From NCBI GenBank assembly GCA_964445435.1, contig CAYUKU010000001.1, positions 44,384 to 108,383 on the forward strand: a DNA stretch of 64,000 bases, written 5' to 3'. Below the pieces are notes generated by a model. The model saw only the letters and a program-made list of their open reading frames with translations. It searched no databases and was not told the DNA's origin. Made by a program: the position numbers and the translations under genes. Below, piece after piece: positions 18,260-27,371 of this stretch (position 1 is the stretch's first letter; each line of letters starts with the position of its first letter). This DNA is from an uncultured Gammaproteobacteria bacterium. Lineage in GTDB: Bacteria; Patescibacteriota; Microgenomatia; UBA10105; UBA927.

Positions 18260-18838
18260 ATGTCTATTGCGTACCTCCCTGTTGCGTGGAGCGAATATCA
18301 CGCTCTTGCCCGTACACTCGCTGCCAATATTCTCACGGACGGCATTCATATCGACGAAGTCGTCGCCATCTCAAGAGGCGGACTGACGCTAGGACATCTT
18401 CTGACTGATCTTCTTCGCGTTCCGATCTCCACATTCACTATCCAGAGCTACACCGATATTCAGGAGCAGGGAGAGGTAAAAATTACCAAACCGCTCACCA
18501 CCCCGATTCATGACAAACATGTTCTTCTCGTCGACGACGTATCCGACTCGGGAAAAACCATTAAACGCGCGCTCGAATATCTCAAGACACAGCAACCGAA
18601 AGAGGTAACGACGCTCACCATGTACTACAAACCTCACTCGGTATTCAAGCCGGATTATTACGCGAAAGAAACATCTGCGTGGATCCTCTTCCCGTATGAA
18701 CCTACGGAAATGATTACAAACATTATCGGGAGCATGAAAAAAGAAGGAAAGTCCCAAAACGACATTGACGACTTTCTTCATACACTCAACTACGCTGACG
18801 ATCAGATCAATTTCGTCAGAAAATTCTACAGCAAATAA
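18260..18838 (+). CDS. type I phosphoribosyltransferase (purine PRTase-like)
   Basis: VLLVDDVSDSGKT PRPP-binding motif. Typical size and layout for this family. Confidence 0.65.
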   Translation: MSIAYLPVAWSEYHALARTLAANILTDGIHIDEVVAISRGGLTLGHLLTDLLRVPISTFTIQSYTDIQEQGEVKITKPLTTPIHDKHVLLVDDVSDSGKTIKRALEYLKTQQPKEVTTLTMYYKPHSVFKPDYYAKETSAWILFPYEPTEMITNIIGSMKKEGKSQNDIDDFLHTLNYADDQINFVRKFYSK

Positions 18839-18846
18839 TTCCCCTC

Positions 18847-18875
18847 TTGACGCACATTCCCACGTTAGGTATAAA
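18847..18875 (+). promoter_or_regulatory. sigma70-like promoter (TTGACG-17-TATAAA)
   Basis: TTGACG at 18847-18852, 17-nt spacer, TATAAA at 18870-18875. Followed by a 5-bp hairpin AGGGC/GCCCT + TATTTTTT (18884-18910) and an AAGGAGG SD at 18918-18924. Confidence 0.5.
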
Positions 18876-18929
18876 AACGGTATAGGGCTTGATTCGCGCC
18901 CTATTTTTTGTGGCGAAAAGGAGGTAATT

Positions 18930-19109
18930 ATGTCAGCCGGCGGACAAGAATTAATTCCAGGAATTACAGGACCTACTACGGGTACAGCGGAGGCAACCCC
19001 ACCACCAACATTCACTCCCCCTGTGGACCAACCGCTCCATATAATCACGAGCGATACAAGCGGTGTTGTTGTATTGCCACAAGCGCCTGCGCCAGCAACT
19101 TCGACATAA
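18930..19109 (+). CDS. small Pro/Thr-rich ORF (59 aa) with strong SD, unknown function
   Basis: AAGGAGG 6 nt upstream of ATG. MSAGGQELIPGITGPTTGTAEATPPPTFTPP... No signal peptide. Confidence 0.35.
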   Translation: MSAGGQELIPGITGPTTGTAEATPPPTFTPPVDQPLHIITSDTSGVVVLPQAPAPATST

Positions 19110-19146
19110 TGCTTGTAAAAGCATGGCGATGGCGTTAGAATAGAGT

Positions 19147-19770
19147 ATGGTGGCTGACACACTTCAGCACAACCGTACGTACCTCAGAGAAGAATTTTTG
19201 CGTGAGGCAAAAGTTCTTGATCCCCGACGCGGCTATATCTCAGTTTCTTCGTTTAATTTGCGGATGAAACCAAACGTGCTTCGCGCAGCTGCTCAGCTTA
19301 TTGTCCAGGAGTTCAAAAACGACGGCATCAATACCGTGCATGGCATTCCCCACTCCGGAAATTATCTCGCTGCCGCGGTAGCCATTGAATTTGGCGATCG
19401 CGTGCGGCTCCACAGTTCCAGAAAAGACCAAACCATCCCCGCCACCTGGAAGGACGTGTATCGCCAAGAGGTACAATCGTTTACCACAAGCGACGACGCA
19501 GTAACGGTGTACTCCGGCATCAATCTTTCGTTCGTCCAGAAAGGAGACCGCGTCTTACTTCTGGATGATGTGTGCGCAACCGGCGAAACGGCATACCAGA
19601 TAGCAGGCGGGCTTCTCAACCGGGGCGTGAAAGTACTGGGATTTGCCGTGTTGTTTGACAAAATTTTTCAGGAAGGTCTCAAGTACGTCAGCGGGTTAGG
19701 CATTAAAACGTTTTCCTGCGTCAGGGTCGCCAAAATAGGAACAGGCGATCAGATTGTGTTACAAGAATAA
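19147..19770 (+). CDS. type I phosphoribosyltransferase (second paralog)
   Basis: VLLLDDVCATGET PRPP-binding loop. Confidence 0.6.
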   Translation: MVADTLQHNRTYLREEFLREAKVLDPRRGYISVSSFNLRMKPNVLRAAAQLIVQEFKNDGINTVHGIPHSGNYLAAAVAIEFGDRVRLHSSRKDQTIPATWKDVYRQEVQSFTTSDDAVTVYSGINLSFVQKGDRVLLLDDVCATGETAYQIAGGLLNRGVKVLGFAVLFDKIFQEGLKYVSGLGIKTFSCVRVAKIGTGDQIVLQE

Positions 19771-19773
19771 TAT

Positions 19774-21291
19774 ATGATACTCGTCATTGATTTCGGAAGC
19801 CAGACTGCTCACCTCATCGGTCGAAGACTGCGATCTCTAGGCGTTACTGTGGAGTATTGCTACCCTGACGTTGCCCTCTCAGTCGTCGACAAGCTCAAGC
19901 CGTCAGGTATTATTCTTTCCGGCGGACCGGATTTCGTCGACAGGCAAGGCGCGCCGACCGTTCCCAAGAAACTCTTCGACCTGGGCATTCCTGTTTTGGG
20001 CATCTGTTACGGATGGCAGCTTATGAGCTATCTTCTGGGCGGTGATGGCCAAATAACCGCAAAAGAATTCGGCCCGGAAACGCTTCATATCACGAAACCC
20101 GTCGACATATTCAAATTGCCCGAACGGGATTTTACCGTTATCGTCTCCCACGGATATACGGTAACAAAAGCGCCTCCCGGATTTGAAATCGTAGGATCCA
20201 CTGACCGCGTGCGTTTCACCGCAGGGTTTGACAAAAAACGCAAACTCTACGGCATCCAGTTTCACCCGGAAGCCCATCATACGCAGTACGGCACGGAGCT
20301 CCTTCGAAATTTCGCCCACGACGTGTGCGGGCAGGCTATCCAACCCATGAAACTCGATCCGGAAAAAATCATCCAAGACATCCGCACCACCGTCGGAAAC
20401 CAGAAAGTCATCTGTGCCGTCTCGGGAGGAGTTGATTCCACAGTTGCTGCGTTTCTCATCGGCCGGGCCATCTGGGACCATCTGATCCCTGTCTATGTCG
20501 ACAGCGGACTCATGCGTCCGGAAACCGACCTGCGCGTCAAATATATTTTTACAAAACTCATCCATGCCAATCTCATTATCGTCGATGCCAAAAAGCGCTT
20601 CCTTTCTGCTCTCGCAGGCATTACTGACCCTGAGGAAAAACGTAAAACTATCGGAAAACTCTACATAGATATCTTCCAGGAAGAAGCCAAAAAACATAAA
20701 GATGCGACATTTCTGGGACAAGGCACAATTTACTCGGATGTCATCGAATCGAAAGGAAGCAAACACGCTTCCCACATTAAATCCCACCATAACGTCGGCG
20801 GACTTCCCAAGGGACTCCCCTTCCAACTTCTTGAGCCGGTGCGGAATTTCTACAAAGACGAGGTTCGGGAATTGGGACGACTGGCAGGACTTCCGGAAGA
20901 TATTGTCATGCAACAGCCGTTCCCGGGTCCCGGGTTTGCCGTTCGCATACGCGGAGAGGTAACTGAAGAACGCCTTAAGCAGGTTATCATGGCCGACTCA
21001 ATCGTCGTTGAAGAGCTCACGCGGGCTAACTTATACGATTCGCTTTTCCAATGTTTTGCCATCATGACCGGCGCCTATTCAACGGCCGTAAAAGGAGACG
21101 AGCGGGCTTTTGCGGAAGTCGTGGGAGTCAGAGCGTACGAATCCCATGACGTTATGACCTCGCAATGGGCGCATATTCCGCATGAAATTCTTGCAAAAAT
21201 CTCCTCCCGCATCGTCAACGAGGTTCCGAATGTCTCCCGTGTCGTCTATGACATCACCACCAAGCCCCCGGCAACTATGGAATGGGAGTAG
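19774..21291 (+). CDS. guaA: GMP synthase (glutamine-hydrolysing)
   Basis: N-terminal class-I GATase (MILVIDFGSQ..., GICYGWQ). PP-loop SGGVDSTV. C-terminal dimerisation domain ending ...PPATMEWE. Confidence 0.9.
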   Translation: MILVIDFGSQTAHLIGRRLRSLGVTVEYCYPDVALSVVDKLKPSGIILSGGPDFVDRQGAPTVPKKLFDLGIPVLGICYGWQLMSYLLGGDGQITAKEFGPETLHITKPVDIFKLPERDFTVIVSHGYTVTKAPPGFEIVGSTDRVRFTAGFDKKRKLYGIQFHPEAHHTQYGTELLRNFAHDVCGQAIQPMKLDPEKIIQDIRTTVGNQKVICAVSGGVDSTVAAFLIGRAIWDHLIPVYVDSGLMRPETDLRVKYIFTKLIHANLIIVDAKKRFLSALAGITDPEEKRKTIGKLYIDIFQEEAKKHKDATFLGQGTIYSDVIESKGSKHASHIKSHHNVGGLPKGLPFQLLEPVRNFYKDEVRELGRLAGLPEDIVMQQPFPGPGFAVRIRGEVTEERLKQVIMADSIVVEELTRANLYDSLFQCFAIMTGAYSTAVKGDERAFAEVVGVRAYESHDVMTSQWAHIPHEILAKISSRIVNEVPNVSRVVYDITTKPPATMEWE

Positions 21292-21293
21292 CC

Positions 21294-22145
21294 ATGAGTG
21301 ATATATACATCGATCACGTACAGGAAGCGGTTTTGCATATCCAGAAGAAAATGGGCCCGACATTTTCGCCGCGCGTCGCTCTCACGCTCGGATCCGGACT
21401 CAACAAACTTGCAGACCTCATCAAGCCGGTTGCAGTCATAAACTATAGTGACATTCCTCACTTCCCTGTATCCACCGTTCCCGGACATGAGGGAAAAATG
21501 ATTTTAGGAGACTTAGAAGGTGTACCGGTTGTGGGATTTAAAGGAAGAAAACATTATTACGAAGTCGCCGACCAGCCCGGGGCAATGGATATCGTAACGT
21601 TCCCTGTCCATGTCGCAGCAACACTCGGTTGCAGACTTTATATAGCCACAAACGCTGCGGGCGGACTCAATCCTTCCTATAACGTTGGGGATCTCATGGT
21701 CATCAAGTCGCATATCGGACTGTTTCTACCCAGCCCCCTTTTGGGCGCCCACCATGATTTTGGCGGCAATGATCTCTTTCAGCCGCAAAGCGGGGAATAC
21801 GACCAAAAACTGCGGGACCTGTTTCGCTCTCTTGATCCATCGATCCATGAAGGCGTATACGTAGCCGTCACCGGACGTGCGTACGAAACGCAGGCTGAAT
21901 GCCTGATGCTTCGTGCCATGGGCGCAGATGCCGTCGGCATGTCCACCGTACCCGAGATTCTCGCTGCCGCCAATCGAAAAATGAAAACCTGTGCCGTTTC
22001 CATGATCACCAATAAAATAGCAGAAGACGGCACGAACGCAACCAATCATGAAGAAGTCATGGCAGTACTGCAGAGTAAAGAAACCGAAGACAAATTGTAT
22101 CGCGTATTCAGGGAGTTTTTTGGGAAACTTATTGGGGCTTATTGA
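21294..22145 (+). CDS. purine nucleoside phosphorylase (PNP/MTAP trimeric family)
   Basis: VAVTGRAYETQAECLMLRAMGADAVGMSTVPE matches the PNP-I/MtnP family. Start at the internal ATG just after the guaA stop. Confidence 0.75.
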   Translation: MSDIYIDHVQEAVLHIQKKMGPTFSPRVALTLGSGLNKLADLIKPVAVINYSDIPHFPVSTVPGHEGKMILGDLEGVPVVGFKGRKHYYEVADQPGAMDIVTFPVHVAATLGCRLYIATNAAGGLNPSYNVGDLMVIKSHIGLFLPSPLLGAHHDFGGNDLFQPQSGEYDQKLRDLFRSLDPSIHEGVYVAVTGRAYETQAECLMLRAMGADAVGMSTVPEILAAANRKMKTCAVSMITNKIAEDGTNATNHEEVMAVLQSKETEDKLYRVFREFFGKLIGAY

Positions 22146-23613
22146 TAACCACCGGTTTCAACCTGCTCATTGCTTCAAGCGAATACCTGACTCCCTGCAC
22201 GCCGACCCCTGATTGCCGAACGCCCAGAAACGGGAAATGATCAGGACCCCGCTGTGGCGACCCGTTAATCTGTACCGTCCCGACGTTTAGCTCGGAGGCG
22301 AATTTCAGACCTGCGCCCTCATCTTTCGTAAACACGCACGCCTGCAATCCGAACCGCTGGGAGTTCACCAGGCGAGCCGCTTCGTCCATGCTTCCTATGG
22401 CGATAAAGGAAATAACGGGACCGAACACTTCGGTGGTGACGATATTCATCGCTGGCGTTACCGCTGTAAGAATGGTTGGCTCTATATACGCATTCGTCCG
22501 TTTGCCGCCGGTTGCTACTTTCGCCCCCTGCGAAACCGCACCGTTGATTGCCTCTTCTATGTTTTTTGCTGCGTCTTGGGAAATAACCGGCCCGACGAGT
22601 TTGGTCGACTCTTCACGCGGGTCACCCATGTGAACCATGTCTTTCATGTGCTCCAACACGACGGGAAGAAGTACGTCCAAAACGTTTTGCGTCGCCACGA
22701 CATATTTGATAGCTGTACACCGTTGTCCCGCGTAAGAAAATCCGCCTTTTATAATTTCTTTCGCGGTTAATGTCATGTCCGCATCAGGAAACACGATGGT
22801 CGCATTATTTCCTCCGCACTCAAACAGAAGCGGCTTCATCGCCGCTTTCCCAGCAATTGCCATCCCCACATCAGAGCTCCCCGTGAATGCGACCATGGAG
22901 ATGTCTTTATGGGCGACTAAATAATTCCCGATCTCGCTACCGCCCCCGGTGACACAGGTAATGACGCCGGGTGGCACGCCCGCTTTCTCAAAAATTCTCA
23001 CAAGGTGAAGCCCGCTTATCCCTCCCTGGGTCGGAGGTTTGAAAACCACGCTGTTGCCCATAAGAAGTGCGGGGGCAATTTTACTGCCCGATAGGTTAAC
23101 CGGGTAATTGAACGGGGCTATCGCCAAAACGACCCCGTGGGCAACCCGTTCAATCATCGCAAGTCTCCCTTTGTCGTATCCCGGGAAATTATCGCTATCG
23201 AGCGTCTCACCTCGAATCGACTGGGCTTCGTCGGCGAAATAATCCGTCAAATCTGCGGTGCGCACGATTTCACTTTTGGCCTCCCCTGCAGTCTTGCCGA
23301 TTTCCCGGGATAGAAGTTCCGTGAGGTACGCTTCGTAGTGTCTAATCCAGTCCGCAGCAAGGTGAATAATTTTTACCCGTTCATTGAGCGGCGTGGCTTC
23401 CCATTTTTTTTGCGCTTCCCTGGCTGCTGCTATCACTCGATCAATTTCCTCAGTGGTGACAATTTGAAGTTCACCTACCGGTGCATTATCAATCGGTGAG
23501 AAAATTTGTGTTCGTTTGCCGCTCGTACTTTCTTTCCAGGTATTGCCGTCAAAGTAAAAATACGCCGGTGGGCTACCCGCTGAGCAAATGGTATCAAAAA
23601 AAGGTTCGGACAT
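22129..23613 (-). CDS. NAD(P)-dependent aldehyde dehydrogenase (GapN-like non-phosphorylating family)
   Basis: ALDH motifs FECGGNNA (ELGGKSP-equivalent) and catalytic Cys in YAGQRCTAIKYV. 494 aa. Confidence 0.75.
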   Translation of the reverse strand: MSEPFFDTICSAGSPPAYFYFDGNTWKESTSGKRTQIFSPIDNAPVGELQIVTTEEIDRVIAAAREAQKKWEATPLNERVKIIHLAADWIRHYEAYLTELLSREIGKTAGEAKSEIVRTADLTDYFADEAQSIRGETLDSDNFPGYDKGRLAMIERVAHGVVLAIAPFNYPVNLSGSKIAPALLMGNSVVFKPPTQGGISGLHLVRIFEKAGVPPGVITCVTGGGSEIGNYLVAHKDISMVAFTGSSDVGMAIAGKAAMKPLLFECGGNNATIVFPDADMTLTAKEIIKGGFSYAGQRCTAIKYVVATQNVLDVLLPVVLEHMKDMVHMGDPREESTKLVGPVISQDAAKNIEEAINGAVSQGAKVATGGKRTNAYIEPTILTAVTPAMNIVTTEVFGPVISFIAIGSMDEAARLVNSQRFGLQACVFTKDEGAGLKFASELNVGTVQINGSPQRGPDHFPFLGVRQSGVGVQGVRYSLEAMSRLKPVVINKPQ

Positions 23614-23638
23614 TATTCTTACTATAACAAAAGGAATA

Positions 23639-24379
23639 CTATGTTGTCGCGGGTATTTTTTTTATCAGACATGCGGTTTTGTTATCGGTACTTCCGTTCT
23701 CTTCGGCGGTCTTAAGAAGATGCACAACCGCCTGTGATAAACTGTCTGCCGTGTCCCCAGCGGCTTCAAGGACGACACGCAGCTCATCTTCGCTTACAAA
23801 ACCCAACACACCATCTGTAGCAAGCAGTAAAACATCGCCAATGAGAAACCGCTCTGTTTTAACGTGCGGAACCAGGCCATATCTGGTAAGTCCCACCGCA
23901 TTGGTAAGCCGGCCTGCTTCATCGATATCATACGGGGTTACCATATCGATAAGCCCGTCGCGGTAGAGATAAATACCGGAATCTCCGACCGATCCCACCC
24001 AGAGAGCATGGGTTCCTATGATTGCCGTCACCAGCGTAGATGCAAGGCCTTCTTCGTAGCCCGGCTCTCTTTTCTTCTGCCAGACGGCGATATTGACGCT
24101 TCTGAATATCCGCTTAAGGAATAGTTTTTTGTCAGCCCAATAAAATGGCCGCTCCCGGATATGTTTATATCCCCAAATTGCAGTCTCTGCTGCGAGCTTG
24201 GCGGCCACATCCCCGTGCGGCAGTCCTCCAACGCCATCGGCAACGACGAAACACTCGTCGTTGAAATTGATAAAAAAATCTTCCTGAGTAGGACGATTCC
24301 CTTGAAGCTGACTTCCCGCAAAAATAATCGCCGCCGGCGTCTTTTTGTGCCTAACAACGAGAGGGTCGACAAAATTCAT
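23639..24379 (-). CDS. PP2C-family Ser/Thr protein phosphatase
   Basis: FVVADGVGG...and C-terminal LLLATDGVLG metal-binding Asp motifs. Confidence 0.7.
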   Translation of the reverse strand: MNFVDPLVVRHKKTPAAIIFAGSQLQGNRPTQEDFFINFNDECFVVADGVGGLPHGDVAAKLAAETAIWGYKHIRERPFYWADKKLFLKRIFRSVNIAVWQKKREPGYEEGLASTLVTAIIGTHALWVGSVGDSGIYLYRDGLIDMVTPYDIDEAGRLTNAVGLTRYGLVPHVKTERFLIGDVLLLATDGVLGFVSEDELRVVLEAAGDTADSLSQAVVHLLKTAEENGSTDNKTACLIKKIPATT

Positions 24380-24392
24380 TTCTTCTTTCGCG

Positions 24393-24995
24393 TTATCCTG
24401 AAACGAACCGTTTTTCGACCTCGTTCCAGTTCACGACATTCCACCATGCTCTAATGTAATCCGCCCGCATGTTTTGATACTTAAGGTAGTATGCGTGTTC
24501 CCAGACGTCCAATCCAAGAATGGGAGTCTTCCCTTCCATAACAGGACTATCCTGATTTGGCGTGTCCATGATGTCTAATTTTCCTCCTGATACTACAAGC
24601 CAAACCCATCCGCTTCCGAATCGTCCCATCCCGGCAGTACTAAACTTCTCCTGAAACCCCTGGATACTGCCAAACGTCGAACTTAGTGCATCTTTTAACG
24701 TACCTGCCGGTTCTTTTTGTGCATTCGGCGCCATCACCTGCCAGAAAAGGCTATGATTTGCGTGACCTCCGCCGTTATTTCGGACCTTAGTACGGACGGT
24801 TTCAGGAATCAGTGAAAGGTCAGCTATCAACTGCTCAACGGGCATGCGCAACAAATCTTCCTGACCCGCAAGGGCATCATTGAGATTTTTCACATACGCA
24901 GCATGGTGTTTTCCGTGATGAATCTGCATCGTGCGTTCGTCGATATACGGTTCAAGTGCATTTGCCGCATACGGCAATTCGGGAAGAGTAAACAT
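24393..24995 (-). CDS. sodA: Fe/Mn superoxide dismutase
   Basis: [31 protein letters not shown]...DVWEHAYYL canonical metal ligands. Confidence 0.9.
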   Translation of the reverse strand: MFTLPELPYAANALEPYIDERTMQIHHGKHHAAYVKNLNDALAGQEDLLRMPVEQLIADLSLIPETVRTKVRNNGGGHANHSLFWQVMAPNAQKEPAGTLKDALSSTFGSIQGFQEKFSTAGMGRFGSGWVWLVVSGGKLDIMDTPNQDSPVMEGKTPILGLDVWEHAYYLKYQNMRADYIRAWWNVVNWNEVEKRFVSG

Positions 24996-25083
24996 ACGAA
25001 ACCTCCTTTGGGATAAACATTGTACGCTAGCCTACATTATTATATACCATGCAGAAAAGCCACCCGATCGGTATAATAGAGGG

Positions 25084-27315
25084 ATGTTCGCTTCACGCAT
25101 AAAATTAGCCGCACAGTGGGTGCAAAAAAAATTACCGAAAAAGCTTACCAACGGCAAACTGTCCAGGCGCCTCGGATATGCTTTTTGGCTTTTGCCTCTA
25201 TCCATCGTCATTTCCTCTTACCTTTTGATTCTGAAAGATCTCCCCTCTCCTACAAAACTCGGTAGGTATGATATACCGCTGGCAACGAAAATATACGACA
25301 GAAACGGTCAATTGTTGTTTGATATCTTTGCCGACGAAAACCGCACCGCCGTACCGCTTGCCGAAATTCCCGTGCACGTAAGACAGGCAACTATCGCCAT
25401 AGAAGATAAGGATTTCTATAAACACCAAGGCATTAATCCTGTCGGTGGCATACTGCGAGCCATCTCTTCAAGTATCACCCGAAAACGGCTTGAGGGCGGA
25501 TCGACCATTACCCAGCAACTCGTTAAATCAGCTCTCCTCACTCCGGAGCGCACTATCATCAGAAAGATTAAAGAAGCTATCCTGGCCATTTGGGTCGAAG
25601 CGCTCTATTCAAAAGATAAGATTCTCGAACTCTACCTCAACCAAGTGCCGTATGGAGGCACAGCGTGGGGAGTCGAATCTGCAGCGGAAAAATATTTCGG
25701 AAAATCAGTGCGGGACCTGACGTTGGCAGAGTCTGCGCTTCTTGCTGGTTTACCGCAAGCGCCCACCCGGTACTCACCGTTCGGCGCATACCCGGAATAT
25801 GCGAAAAACCGACAGCGAGAAGTCCTGCGAAGAATGACGGAAGACGGCTACATAACTCATGAACAAGCCGAAGAAGCGGATAGAGCAGAACTTGTTTATA
25901 AGAGAGAAGAGGGTATAAAAGCAGGACATTTCGTCATGTACGTCAAGCAACAACTGGTAGAAAAGTACGGTGAGGCACTCGTTGAACGCGGCGGGCTAAA
26001 AGTAACCACAACCCTCGACGCTAACCTGCAGGAGTATGCCCAGGCAACGGTCGCTGCAGAAATCGCAAAACTCTCCCGCCTTCGGGTTGGGAACGGAGCG
26101 GCTCTCATCACCAAGCCCTCAACCGGGGAAATACTCGCTATGGTTGGAAGTACAGATTATTTTGCGACTCCCTCCGGGAGCTATAACGTAACAACGGCGC
26201 TTCGGCAACCCGGTTCATCGATCAAACCCATTAATTACGCAATCGGCATTGAAAACAGAATCGTCACCCCCGGAACCGTATTCCTCGACATTCCGACCTG
26301 CTTTGGGGTTACCGGTCAACCTAACTATTGTCCCAAGAATTACGACGGAAAATTTCATGGCCCTGTTGCCCTTCGCATGGCACTTGGAAATTCGTTCAAT
26401 ATACCGGCAGTGAAAATGCTAAAACTTAATTCAGTCGAAACCATGATTGCCTCCGCATCGGCCTTCGGTCTGGATACGCTTCAAGACCCGAGTCGTTATG
26501 GCTTGTCCCTTGCCTTGGGAGGCGGTGAAGTACGCATGATCGACATGGCCGAAGCATTCGGAGTTTTTGCAAACGGCGGTATCAGGAAAGACCTTGTATC
26601 CATACTCAAGGTTGTCGATAAAAACGGAAAAACGCTTGACGAGTATTCTGACCCGAATCTCAATCGGGATATACCCTCTCAACTCCTGCTCCAGGGACCG
26701 AGAGTGGTTTCCCAAGAAACGGCATTTCTCATTTCCCACATACTCTTGGATAATAACGCGCGCATTCAAGCATTCGGACCGTCATCCGAACTCGTCATCC
26801 CGCAACATGCAGTTTCCGTTAAAACAGGAACGACAGACGATTTACGGGACAACTGGACCATCGGCTACACCCCACAATATCTCGTCGCCACCTGGGTAGG
26901 AAACAATGATAATTCCCCTATGAACCGTGCGCTCGTCTCCGGCGTTACCGGAGCCGCTCCTATTTGGAACAAATTAATGCGACGCGTTCTTCAGGGCGCC
27001 TCAGATATCTGGCCAAAACAGCCTGACGGGGTAGTCGGCGCACGCATATGCTCTCTCTCTGGTCTTCTGCCACCAAACGACGGGGATGATGCAGGATGTC
27101 CAATCCGATTTGAGTATTTTATAAAGGGTACCGTGCCCACACAACGGGAAGGCTTGAAACAATCGGTGTTGATCGATAAGGCAACGGGCGATATTGCCGC
27201 ACCCGGGAAAACCGATAATGTTGAACCACAGGAACATATCGTCCTGAAGGACGGCATTTCCACGTATTGTTTGGATTGTCCCCATCCCACCGAAAATCCG
27301 ACGCCCGCACCCTAA
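25084..27315 (+). CDS. class A penicillin-binding protein (PBP1A; GT51 transglycosylase + transpeptidase)
   Basis: TM anchor. GT51 motifs (IAIEDKDFYKHQGIN, RKRLEGGSTITQQL). Transpeptidase SxxK context (PGSSIKP) and KTGTT. The 5' ORF extension overlapping sodA is judged spurious. Confidence 0.85.
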   Translation: MFASRIKLAAQWVQKKLPKKLTNGKLSRRLGYAFWLLPLSIVISSYLLILKDLPSPTKLGRYDIPLATKIYDRNGQLLFDIFADENRTAVPLAEIPVHVRQATIAIEDKDFYKHQGINPVGGILRAISSSITRKRLEGGSTITQQLVKSALLTPERTIIRKIKEAILAIWVEALYSKDKILELYLNQVPYGGTAWGVESAAEKYFGKSVRDLTLAESALLAGLPQAPTRYSPFGAYPEYAKNRQREVLRRMTEDGYITHEQAEEADRAELVYKREEGIKAGHFVMYVKQQLVEKYGEALVERGGLKVTTTLDANLQEYAQATVAAEIAKLSRLRVGNGAALITKPSTGEILAMVGSTDYFATPSGSYNVTTALRQPGSSIKPINYAIGIENRIVTPGTVFLDIPTCFGVTGQPNYCPKNYDGKFHGPVALRMALGNSFNIPAVKMLKLNSVETMIASASAFGLDTLQDPSRYGLSLALGGGEVRMIDMAEAFGVFANGGIRKDLVSILKVVDKNGKTLDEYSDPNLNRDIPSQLLLQGPRVVSQETAFLISHILLDNNARIQAFGPSSELVIPQHAVSVKTGTTDDLRDNWTIGYTPQYLVATWVGNNDNSPMNRALVSGVTGAAPIWNKLMRRVLQGASDIWPKQPDGVVGARICSLSGLLPPNDGDDAGCPIRFEYFIKGTVPTQREGLKQSVLIDKATGDIAAPGKTDNVEPQEHIVLKDGISTYCLDCPHPTENPTPAP

Positions 27316-27371
27316 GATTGGAACGCTCCCCTATTGTTGGAGCCTATAGATTGTGATATAAACGCAAGGCT

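Noticed and set aside
19903-20913. 336-aa antisense ORF inside guaA (and similar long antisense ORFs inside nrdJ, hsdR, the coupling ATPase and the PBPs)
   Set aside because: They lie fully within strongly supported genes on the opposite strand, have no motifs, and are low-complexity Arg/Ser-rich, typical of shadow ORFs.
24931-25083. 5' extension of the PBP1A ORF into sodA
   Set aside because: It overlaps the sodA coding region on the opposite strand. The TM anchor and GT51 domain begin after ATG 25084.
25060-25083. TATAAT at 25072-25077 as the PBP1A promoter -10
   Set aside because: It is only 6 nt from the start codon and has no acceptable -35. The adjacent AGAGGG more likely serves as the ribosome-binding site.
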